Assembly (NCBI GenBank): GCA_051530055.1
Contig: CM121341.1
Coordinates: forward strand, 2,469,561-2,533,560
Direction: 5' to 3'
Origin: Neoechinorhynchus agilis
Taxonomy: Eukaryota > Animalia > Acanthocephala
Length of the DNA stretch: 64,000 nucleotides
In this document: piece by piece, positions 21,022-32,600 of the stretch
Position numbering within the stretch: the stretch's first letter is position 1
Layout: every line of letters begins with the position of its first letter
Notes under the pieces: generated by a model
Told to the model about the DNA's origin: nothing
Seen by the model: only the letters and a program-made list of their open reading frames with translations
Databases searched by the model: none
Program-made: the position numbers and the translations under genes

Positions 21022-21919
21022 GGAATGTCAAACTATCAGGACGAACATGGAGAAAACGGAAAAAGACAGGCGAAACAGACAACATTGCTTGTCCGTTTGG
21101 AACGAAATTGTGCATAAATCCGGTTTCAATGATATTACAGATGAGGTTTTTAAAGCAGCATTCACTCACATCGATCGTTGTTTGTTGGACGAAGCCAAAA
21201 GTGCTGTAAATGTTCACCACGGATTAAAATCCGGTTCTTGTGCAATTTCGGCATACTTAAACGGTGATACCCTGGTTGTTGCTGGTCTTGGCGATTGTAT
21301 GGCAATCATAGCATCAATATCACCGGATGATGATACCAAATTACAGGCTCAATTATTGATAGAACCACATACTTCGATGAATATAAAGGAACGAGAAAGA
21401 GTATTTTCAGAGCATCCAGAAATCGAACGCTGCAATATTCTCTATCAACAGCGATTACTCGGTTATCTCGCACCACTTAGATCATTTGGCGACTTACGGC
21501 TTAAAGCAAGTCTCAAGGATATGCAAGAAATATTCGTACCAGCATTAGGAAATCGTTTTCTGCCTAAAAATTACGAAACTCCACCATATCTGACGGCGAT
21601 TCCTGAAACGAGGACTATCAAGTTAACAAAACGCGACATGTTCCTGATCTTGTGCACCGATGGTGTCTCTGATAAACTTTACGCTGATGACATTGTGGGA
21701 GCCATTCAAAGTTCGTGCAAATTTGATGGAAACCAGTTTAAATCAAACCAAAATATCGCTACGGATGTTCTTAAACATGTTTTAACGGGAAGTCCGAATC
21801 GGATAGACCAAACAGCAATAATCGAAGAGATTCTACATCCACATCCAAGGCGCTCGAGAGATGACATGACGATCATTGTAGTTAAGCTCCCATGGGCTTT
21901 TAATTTTGTAAATTTGTAA
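21022..21919 (+). pseudogene. 5'-truncated inverted duplicate of the pyruvate dehydrogenase phosphatase gene, lying within the chimeric ORF 20825-21919
   Basis: Reverse complement of 52087-52984 with no differences seen by eye. Lacks the N-terminal leader and the VLDGHGG motif. Confidence 0.85.
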
Positions 21920-22009
21920 AAAATAAATCGTACTGCTATTTAGATTTTATACTCTATTTTTTGATTTCGCTCGAATTGAAAAAAGGTCAGTAAACCAAGA
22001 CGCTTAAAA

Positions 22010-24000
22010 TAAAACACGTTTTATTAATTAAGAAGAACGATCCATAAACTTGCCAGCATCAATCCCTGCTGAAGGTGTCTGGATGTCGAATGTTGAGGCA
22101 GGGAGGTGCGACTTGTCTTTGAAGGAGTTTTACAGGAGAATGACAGATTAGGAGTCTTTCTTTGTTCTTTGGTTATTAAGGAAAGATTGGGCTTGAGGGA
22201 AGAAAGATTTTTGGTAGAGGGTGGTACGAGCGAGGGGGGGGATGAAAAAGGTTGGGGTTCCGGGTGTTTACTAAGGACGAGTATTTAGAGATGAGGGAAG
22301 AAAATTGTGGAGGGGGTTGAAGAAGACGGAGGGCGTTTTTGGAGAAAATGGAGTGGAGGTGGGCGTCGAGGGGAGGGAGTGAAGTCCCGCATATTTTAGC
22401 TGCTCTCTTGTGGAAGGTTTCGAGGGAATGGAGAGCATTGGCGGAATGGGCGAGGAAAGTGGGGAAAGCGTATGTAAGGATAGGAAGGATGTCAGAGAGA
22501 TAAAAGTGGGCAAGGTGTTTAAGGGAAACGCCGAGACGCCGGAGGAGTTTGAGAAGGTAAAGACGAGGGTTTGCTTTAGAGAGCGTAAATGAAATGCGGG
22601 CATTCCATTTAAGGTTTTCTTGTGAAATCTGGCAAAGTATCCGGAGAAAAGAGGAGCGTTGGATGGGGAGTGGGGCGGGGATAAGATTGCGTTTGGGAAT
22701 GTGGGGGACAAGCTCAAAAGATTTGGATAAATTTAGGGAGAGGTTTAGGGTGGAGGGCGAGGAAATGAGATGGTTGAGCTCGTTCATGGTAGTGGAGAGG
22801 GAGAGAGAGGGAGATGCGATGGTAATGACTGTGAGGTCATCGGCATAGAGAAAATATTTCGTAGGGGTAGTGAGGGGATGAAGGTCATTTAGAAAAATGT
22901 CAAAGAGGAGAGGGGAAAGTACGGCGCCTTGGGGGACCCCTTTAAATATGGGTAGAGAGGTGGAACAAGAAGTTCCACATTGGATATATTGTTCGCGGTT
23001 GGAGAGGAAAGAGGAAATCCAAGCGAGTTGCCAAGTTGGGAGGCCAAAGGAAGCATATGATTGGAGGAGAATGGAGTGATCTACCGACTCAAACGCCCTG
23101 GAAATATCCAGTTGCACGAGACGGACGGTTGATTCTGGATTGGAATCTAAGCTGCGCACAAGGGTATCGTAGATGCAGAGGAGGGCATCAGAACAAGAGT
23201 AATTTGGACGGAAAGCGAATTGGGAGGGGGAGATGTTTTTGAGGAAGAAGGGAAGTAGCCGGGTTTTAAAACATTTTTTTATGATTTTAAAGAAAGGTGA
23301 GAGGATAGAGATGGGACGAAACTATGTGGAGGAAATCCGTTTATTGTTTTTGGGTAGGGGACGACACGGGCTTCCTTAAGAAATAGAAAGCTAAGGTTCG
23401 TTATGTGCGTTAGAGGATCGATAAGTTCCGGGATGATGAAACGAATGGCCCAATTTGGAATAGTCGAATTAGTGGAAGAATGGCGGGGCAGGCGTTTGAG
23501 GATCTCTAGGATTTCGAGAGGGGAAACTAAGAAAGGGTATGTATGAATGGGCGGGTCCGAAAGTGAGAAGGGAGGTTGGGACAATGGAGAGGAGGTTTAA
23601 GGAGGACATAGGTTTTTATTCATGGTGTTGAGGATTGAGAGGAGATCAGATTTGGGGAGATATGCGAAGGGGTGGATCTGCCAAAACCAGTGACATTTTT
23701 TATTTCACACCACCAGTTTCGATTGGGAACGGACGAGAGGCGAGATGAGAAAAGTAATTTGCGGGCTATACGGATGCGTTTTGTCAGTGTGGAGTGGAGG
23801 GAGGGGTAAGCAGGATTACCTGACCGGAAAGCTTCGGTGACCTGTATTTGAAGGGTTTTTAGAAAAGGAGAGAACCATGGAGGGTCGCGGTTCGAGATTC
23901 GTATTGTTTTGCGAGGAAAGGAAGCCTTCATCGCACATTCTATTAGATTTGACAAAGAGCCCATTGCAATCGAGAGTCGGTGCATCAGATATGGGGAGAA
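22010..24000 (-). mobile_element. 5'-truncated, frameshifted APE-type LINE (CR1/L2-like) with reverse transcriptase
   Basis: VRLVQLDISRAFESVDH, GVPQGAVLSPLLF, YADDLT and PPWFSPFLK; 3' end AATAAAACGTGTT. Confidence 0.9.
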
Positions 24001-24004
24001 TAAA

Positions 24005-24400
24005 ATGTTTTATTGTTCAAAGTATATTTTAGAGTGTGGATGACGGTTCCGCTGAGTTGGGGGGGGAGCGTTTGTGAGATTGGGTCTTTCCTCACTCCCT
24101 CTCTAATGAACACTCGAACGATAGGATAGGTTAAATGAATGGGGCTGTTTATTTTGAAATTTATAATGACTCCGATCGAGTAGGCGAAAGTTGGTGGTTA
24201 TTTTCTCTTCTTAGGTCTTTTTCCTGAGGTTCATTTCGGTTCTTGATATCCTAGAAGAATGGGTAGTATGGGATAGAGGGATAATGGAAGGAATTGTGAT
24301 TACGAGCGTTGTGCTCCTGAGAAGTCGGGACATCTTTAGATTGTTTAGAGGCAGTTTAAAAGCTGTACGACTTCTATCCATCGGTGTGGTATTCAACGAG
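24005..24400 (-). mobile_element. Fragment of a second dispersed repeat (LINE 3'-end-like)
   Basis: 24125-24259 matches 47336-47470 in inverted orientation with one mismatch; the two copies also share a TACTTTGAACAATAAAA terminus. Confidence 0.55.
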
Positions 24401-24515
24401 AAGAAAAAGTGCTGTTCAATTTGAACATTAGACGAGTAGTGAACTGATTTTGTGAGAAAAAAAGACAATTCAATTGAACGAGTTCTTTCTACCGATCTCA
24501 AATAAAACAGGATTA

Positions 24516-25069
24516 TTAGTCTGATAGAGAAGTATTGTTCAATGAGTCCCGATTGAATATGAGGACATAAGCGTCGGGTGGATCTAGACCTTGATAGTAT
24601 CCGTCTGCCGTTGCCTCTTTAACAAATCCATTCTTCTCATAAAATCGGATCGCAGTTTCATTGCTCACATGAACATGAAGTCGAATGCAATTGCATTTTG
24701 CATCATTTTTGAATATATTGAGTGCATGTTTGAGAATACGAGTCCCGATTCCTAATTTCTGATAGGCTGGTAAAACGGCTATCGCCATTATGTACATTTG
24801 ATGATCGTGGGAACCTTTCTTGAGCTCCACTCGATAAACCAACTCACCAACGATCATATCACGATAATAAGCTAAATGAAATTTTTAATGGAAAACGAAA
24901 AGCTCAACTAACCAAAATATCCGAAACAGTTCCGCTTTACAACGTTCTCGTAGTAAGAATCCGAGTACCGAACAGGGAAAACGATCCGATCAATCACTCT
25001 CAGATTCTTTATGTTATGAACATTCACGTTTCCAATCGTAGTGAATCCGTCCCGGGTCAATTCGGCCAT
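24516..25069 (-). CDS. NAA50: N-alpha-acetyltransferase 50 (GNAT), two exons with a 41-nt intron at 24872-24912
   Basis: MAELTRDGFTTIGNVNVHNIKNLRVIDRIVFPVRYSDSYY...FAYYRDMIVG...YIMAIAVLPAYQKLGIG...LHVHVSNETAIRFYEKNGF. The GT-AG intron restores the frame. Confidence 0.88.
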
Positions 25070-25164
25070 TCAAACGACTGAATCGGTTCAATCGACCAAA
25101 TGCACCTTTACAAATATCGATTCTTTCTTGCATATTAACTTTTAACTTTCCTCAATCTACTTTT

Positions 25165-27340
25165 AATCTTTTTAGAGAACGTTAACGACGATTTCTATTA
25201 TCTTATTTATGTCTCTGATGAAATTCATCAATAGAATTTCTTCAAAAAAGGATTTCCAAGCGTTTAGAGTTTACCCTTGGAATCATTAAAAAAATATTCA
25301 ATTTATGTCTTTAATGTAATTCATCAATAGAATTTTTAATTTCTTCTTAAAAAATCAATAATGTTTAAGAATTTACCCTTGGAATCATTAAAAAAACATT
25401 TAGCCTTTTAGAGACGATTTCTATTATCTAATTTGTGTCTTTAATGTAATTCGACAATAATTTAATTTCTTCTTAAAAAATCCATAAGTGTTCAGAATTT
25501 ACCCTTGGAATCATTAAAAAGACATTTAGCCTTTTAGAGACGATTTCTATTATCTAATTTATGTCTTTAATGTAATTCATCAATAGAATTTCTTCTAAAA
25601 AGGATTTCCAAGTGTTCAGAATTTACCCTTGGAATCATTTAAAGAACATTTAGCCTTTTAGAGACGATTTCTATAATCTAATTTGTGTCTTTAATTTAAT
25701 TCATCAATGGAATTTCTTCTAAAAAGGATTTCCAAGTGTTCAGAATTTACCCTTGGAATCATTAAAAAGACATTTAGCCTTTTAGGGACGATTTCTATTA
25801 TCCAATTTATGTCTTTAATTTAATTCATCAATAGAATTTCTTCTAAAAAGGATTTCCAAGTGTTCAGAATTTACCCTTGGAATCATTAAAAAGACATTTA
25901 GCCTTTTAGGGACGATTTCTATTATCCAATTTATGTCTTTAATTTAATTCATCAATAGAATTTCTTCTAAAAAGGATTTCCAAGTGTTCAGAATTTACCC
26001 TTGGAATCATTTAAAGAACATTTAGCCTTTTAGAGACGATTTCTATTATCTAATTTATGTCTTTAATTTAATTCATCAATAGAATTTCTTCTAAAAAGGA
26101 TTTCCAAGTGTTCAGAATTTACCCTTGGAATCATTAAAAAGACATTTAGCCTTTTAGGGACGATTTCTATTATCCAATTTATGTCTTTAATTTAATTCAT
26201 CAATAGAATTTCTTCTAAAAAGGATTTCCAAGTGTTCAGAATTTACCCTTGGAATCATTAAAAAGACATTTAGCCTTTTAGAGACGATTTCTATTATCTA
26301 ATTTATGTCTTTAATGTAATTCATCAATAGAATTTCTTCTAAAAAGGATTTCCAAGTGTTCAGAATTTACCCTTGGAATCATTAAAAAAACATTTAGCCT
26401 TTTAGAGACGATTTCTATAATCTAATTTGTGTCTTTAATTTAATTCATCAATGGAATTTCTTCTAAAAAGGATTTCTAAGTGTTCAGAATTTACCCTTGG
26501 AATCATTAAAAAGACATTTAGCCTTTTAGGGACGATTTCTATTATCCAATTTATGTCTTTAATTTAATTCATCAATAGAATTTCTTCTAAAAAGGATTTC
26601 CAAGTGTTCAGAATTTACCCTTGGAATCATTAAAAGAACATTTAGCCTTTTAGAGACGATTTCTATAATCTAATTTATGTCTTTAATGTAATTCATCAAT
26701 AGAATTTCTTCTAAAAAGGATTTCCAAGTGTTCAGAATTTACCCTTGGAATCATTAAAAAGACATTTAGCCTTTTAGAGACGATTTCTATTATCTAATTT
26801 ATGTCTTTAATGTAATTCATCAATAGAATTTCTTCTAAAAAGGATTTCCAAGTGTTCAGAATTTACCCTTGGAATCATTAAAAAGACATTTAGCCTTTTA
26901 GAGACGATTTCTATAATCTAATTTATGTCTTTAATGTAATTCATCAATGGAATTTCTTCTAAAAAGGATTTCCAAGTGTTCAGAATTTACCCTTGGAATC
27001 ATTAAAAAGACATTTAGCCTTTTAGAGACGATTTCTATTATCTAATTTATGTCTTTAATGTAATTCATCAATAGAATTTCTTCTAAAAAGGATTTCTAAG
27101 TGTTCAGAATTTACCCTTGGAATCATTAAAAAAACATTTAGCCTTTTAGAGACGATTTCTATTATCTAATTTGTGTCTTTAATGTAATTCATCAATGGAA
27201 TTTCTTCTAAAAAGGATTTCCAAGTGTTCAGAATTTACCCTTGGAATCATTTAAATAACATTTAGCCTTTTAGAGACGATTTCTATTATCTAATTTGTGT
27301 CTTTAATGTAATTCGTCTACATAATTTTTAATTTCTTCTA
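25165..27340. repeat. AT-rich 124-bp minisatellite, ~17-18 copies, degenerate at the left edge
   Basis: ACCCTTGG recurs every 124 bp from 25501 to 27237, with degenerate copies further left. Confidence 0.97.
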
Positions 27341-27403
27341 AGAAGTTCAAAGTATTTATTGATAAAATCGTCGAGACTTAGACTTGTAACCGCCTTTTTA
27401 GAT

Positions 27404-28700
27404 ATGCACCATGACGGTCTTATGAGTGAGATACCGAACGTGAGTGTTGATAGCTTCCTTCCCCATACTCGTCATTGTGTGGTTTATCTACTTAGTCATT
27501 TCCACATGGACCACACCCGCGGTCTTTTTGACTATGAAAATGGCTTCAACCTCGAAACTATTGATCATATCAACAATAAAGACGCAAAAATAATATGTTC
27601 ACGACTAACCATGAACTTTCTGCTAAGTCAAAATGGCGAAATTAGCGATCGATTGATAAAAATATTAAAAAGTATTGAAGTGCAGGACACTATTTACGTT
27701 GATCTAAAAGGATGTAGAGCTTTTAACCTTACTGCACTTTCGGCTGGACACTGCCCTGGATCATTGATGTTTTTATTAGAAATTCAGGATTCTACCCATG
27801 ATACTAAAAACGTGCTTTACACTGGTGATTTTCGATACGATAGCTCACAAATCGAACCCGTAGTTCGTGGAATAAAACGTAGGGTCGGTGAAAGACCAAT
27901 CCATACGTTGTATTGTGACATGACATTCTCCAATAAACATGAACGTCAAAGAACTCGGCATTTCCCATTGAAACAGAGTTCCTTGCTTTGGGCTTTCTGA
28001 TTTGAATTCTGCTGTACGGGAAAAAGCCATAGATGTCTTGATCGATTTCTTAAAATCATTGGATCAAACAGTCCAAGTTTTTTTGAAGACAAGTGCAAGA
28101 TTAGGTTATGAATATGTTTTTGTTCGACTCCATACCGCTGGCTATAAAGTTCATGTAACTGAAGACGATTATAATCTATATTCAAATATCAGTAAAGTTA
28201 AAGAAACCTTAACGACTAAATCAAACGGTGTCATGGTTCATGCGTGCTGCAGACGAGTCGATAATGAGTGGAATTTCCAGTGTTCGAATAAGTATCACTC
28301 AATCGAGAAAATTCTGATTATTCTATCGGCTGATTGGTTCAATCAGTGTGAAAAGATTCTTAGGGGTCGTCGGTACGAATCTTTTTATTGTAGAAAAAGA
28401 GTCAATGAACCGATGGTTGAAATCGAAGTTCCTAAGAAAGTCAGGGATCTAACGACTGAAGACTTTAGTAAAGTATTCCGTCTTTGTTTTCCTACTCATT
28501 CTTCAGATCACGAAATTAGTGAATTTATTAAACGACTTGGTGCTCTAAAAACCGTACCTATCGCCGGCACAGATAAACGGAAAACGCCCACGAATGCAAA
28601 AGTGGAAAATTCTTCTATGAACAGCCAAACGGAGTGCTTGTTCGCTAAGATCGTTACTGAAGAAGATGAACATTTACCTACTAATTTGAAATTTGAGTGA
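27404..28700 (+). CDS. DCLRE1C: Artemis/SNM1-family metallo-beta-lactamase/beta-CASP nuclease; probable 49-nt intron at 27978-28026
   Basis: MSEIPNVSVDSF, YLLSHFHMDHTRGL, SAGHCPGS, LYTGDFR, LYCDMTF, ARLGYEYVF and FPTHSS match Artemis. Confidence 0.8.
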
Positions 28701-29206
28701 TGATTTTAACAGTGTCGACTTCAATTTGTACAGCCCCCGGAATCCCATTGGAAATTTCCGTGGATTAGATAATGCTTATCCCACTTCCTGAATTGAATCG
28801 TATTTTCAATGGATGAACGATGAAGGCTGAGAAATTACGTAAAATGTAAAATATAACAATTTCTAATCTGGTGATTGGAATGAAAAACTTTCATTTTTGC
28901 AGTTACAAGAGTTTTGACAGTAATGTTCAACGCTAACCTTTTTCCATCAAGTTTGTATAATAGTTCGATTTCAAAATAATTGAACAAAACTACGAAATTT
29001 TATTGATGCTTAACGAATTTTTTTATTTTCAGCCAATCGATTTTAATGGTTTAAAATAGTGAATTTTCTGTATCTCGATTTTTTGTACAGAAACTTGGAC
29101 CGTAATATGTTCGTTATCGATCTTTTATGACGCTGAGAATAATTTTGCAATAATATATGTATTTTAGTGATGAGAGTAATAGAGATTGATTTATTGATTC
29201 TCAATA

Positions 29207-29295
29207 TTTCGTTCGTCTCGTCGGACTTCTTCAGGTCGAAAAAAGTAGAGATAGGTCCCATTTAGACCTGAAGAAGTCCGATGAGACGGACGAAA
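29207..29295. other. 31-bp inverted repeat whose arms contain a hammerhead-core-like motif (Penelope-type)
   Basis: Arms at 29207-29237 and 29265-29295; both mismatches are G-U compatible. The right arm reads CTGAAGA-A-GTCC-GATGAGAC-GGAC-GAAA. Confidence 0.55.
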
Positions 29296-29661
29296 AATGA
29301 ACAAATTCTTAACTAACAATGCCAAATCAATGACAGTGGATAAATCACTGATACATTCATGAACGTTGTTGATGTTTGGTTAAGTCATCGACAACTTTTA
29401 AAGTTAACTAAATGAAATGGCACATCGCACTTTACGTCTGTGTCTGAGCTGTCGATCTTTATTTAGAAATTTCATTATGAGAACTTTTTGATAAAATTCC
29501 CCAAAAAGTCTCTAGTTTTTACCAATTTTTAAAATTTTACAAATGAGCATCTTTTTGGAATAACTAATTGTTATTTAAAAATTCTCATATTGTTATGTTT
29601 GTCTATATGTATATTGAAAGGGGATCTGCTTGATATCCACTATTTTAGATTAATCAAGAAA

Positions 29662-32600
29662 ATGGACTGTGAGCCTGATTCGTTGAACGAATCTGATGTA
29701 ATGGACGATAATCGTACCCTAAATCTAATGAAATTCAACGATCAACCGTTATTAGTACCTAGACGTTCTAATTCCCAACGCTTGAAGTATTCTAACTTTA
29801 ACTTCGATCAAGTTCTCTCACATCCCTGCGATTCGGACAATGATTTATTTCAAGAAGACGACGGTTGCGACATTTTGGGCTCTAAAATCCGTTCAAGTAA
29901 CAAAAGTCACATGGATAGTCGTATTGATTGCTCCAAATCAGTGTCATCATCATCAAATTTGAGTGGAATCGCAGGTAAGACAAAAAAAGTTATTTGAGTC
30001 TCAAACATTGTGCTTTAAGCCGTATTTGAAATGAGAGGACCTGTAGAACGCGGATGCATCGGAATTGCATTCATTGATATTCGATGTCCGACTCTTTTGT
30101 TAAGTCAAATCATTGACTCTTCTTACGGCTACGCAAAAACTGTCAATAAACTGATTTGTTTAGAACCAAACGAAGTATTTCTCGAAATTTAAATGTTTCA
30201 ACGACGATTTAATATTAAATGTAGGTGGTACTTGCATGCTCCCAAGCGGAAGCAACGTCCGGATCAGCACCAACTGGGTTACTTGCCATTTTGCAAGAAT
30301 ATATTCCATCCGTGAAAACATGGAGCAGGCGTAAATTCGATCTTGATATTGGTATAATTCATGCTTATTTAGTGCTTTTAATTCTTTTGCCGAAATTAGG
30401 CCGAAATACGGTTAACTTTTTGTGCGCAAAGGACTACCGATCTATCATTAGCGAATTGAGGTTACCTACGTTTTGCATTTTTTTGAACTAAATTCCTCAA
30501 TTGATTTGCAGTGATGCTTGTTTTTGTGCATGTGGTGGCTTATTGGACTATTTACAAGAAACAATGCAGATTTGTCTTACACATAATGATAGAGACCGAC
30601 CTTGGCTTAAAATCGTTTACCAGAGTGCAGACTGTTCAATGTTCATGAGTAAGTATTGCTTAGTTGCATTTGCCGTTAGAAAAAATCGCTCAATTTTTAA
30701 AAGCCAACGTAAAATCTCATCGCATTATCTTTGTGATAAAACGGTTTTATATAAATAATACTTTGTTCTTTGAATGGCTACTTATCTTTTACTTATTTTG
30801 AAGAATAATTTCATTTACACTATATTTCTAAAAAGTTTATATCTTCTTTTCGCTTAAACATTAGTATCATTGAATTGGTGAAGGCGACGGAAATTCATCT
30901 TGAAAGGAACATTGTTTAAGTTGATAAACTTTCCGCCACTGGAAAGTTGATCGATATTTTTCAAAGCATTTCCATGAACTGATTAGAAAAACATGTCAAA
31001 AACCTTTTCAAGTTCAATTTTGACGCCGTAAATTGCCGCTATTAACTTTTGAGCTATCCTTTAAATGAAGATCTACAAACTGTTTAGATTCCAGTACGTT
31101 TAATGATCTGAATATCGTCGGTACTCATGGATTATACTCGCTTCTTAAGTTTACTTATACCGCCGCCGGAACTCGACTTCTTCGTTGCTCTCTGAGTCAG
31201 CCTCTTTCCAATTACACTGTAATTGAGCAACGTCTTGATGCAGTCCAAGAACTGCTAGATTCGAACAACCGACAAATCTTGAGCCAGTTGAAGACATGCC
31301 TACAATCGTTCCCTGACCTTGAGAAGGCATTGTTCTCGCTAGCTACAAACAGCCGTATTGTCAATGTTGGAATTCCTTCTCGTTCGAAACAAAGCCGTGG
31401 ATCTGCTGCATTGAATGCCACAAAGTTTGAGAAAATTGCTGAACGTTTGATTGGTGATGTGATTATGGTCAAACATAGTTTAGACTTGATTAGGCCTCTT
31501 TCTGATTCACTTTCACTGTGTAAAACTCATCTATTATCTTGTTGTTCAAGGGTATGAAACTTTTAAAAAATTTCGTGTTCATTCTTTAAAAAAATGAAAG
31601 ATGCTGAGTGACGATAAGCGATTTAATAATCTTTCAAAGACCTTGGCAAGTGTAATTCATTCTGACGCAAAATTCCAAGAAGGATTAATGAAATCGCGAA
31701 CTCAAAAGTGCTACGCTATAAAGGTATTTTCAAAATAAAAATGATCGAATACGTTCTTGACTATTAAGCCCGGGATAAATCAATTATTGGATGTGGCTAG
31801 AAAGGCGTATTCCGAAGTGGTCGATGATATCATCGGTAAAAAAATTTTTTATTTAATTAAGAAACATTTTTTTCTTAGAATATATCGCTGCTCTAAATGA
31901 AAAGCATGGCGAAACAATGGAAATAGCTATAAATTTCTCACAAAATCGAGGATTTCACGGGAAACTTCGCTGGCTACCTGTGACTCGGGTGGAGGACCGA
32001 ACACTTCCCAATGGATTCATGTATCTCGACGCCTCAAATAATAAATGTGTTTCCTCTAAATGGCAAACATTTACTACGCCCATTTTAATGCGGCTCAATG
32101 AACGATCGAACGACTCAATAATGGATGTATTCCGCCTGTCTCATTGGTACGTTTTAAATATCGCTTACCCATTAATTTTCTTTTTTTAAGTGTACTCGTT
32201 GAAGTGATTGAAAGTGTCATAGTGAACGATGAGTTGGCATGCCTTCATCGACTGCTCGAATGTGTTGCTCTTGTTGATCTTATCCAATCTCTTTCTCATA
32301 ATGCCAAATTGCGGCGATACACAAGACCGATCCTTCGACCTTTAGAAAGTGGCGATTATATTTTGAAAGCTAAAAATGCCCGACATCCAATGCTGGACAC
32401 ATTAGCGTCTAAAATTGCGATCACTGCAAATGATATATATTTTAATACTACAGAAAGCCCAATGCTGATAATCACAGGTAGGCGGGAATAAATTACATCC
32501 GCACGAATCCTATGCGAATTTGAAAAAAAATCAATCGATTTATTTGATTACCTAGGGGATTTTCGTCGATGAAATTTATCTAAGTATGCTTTAATTGATA

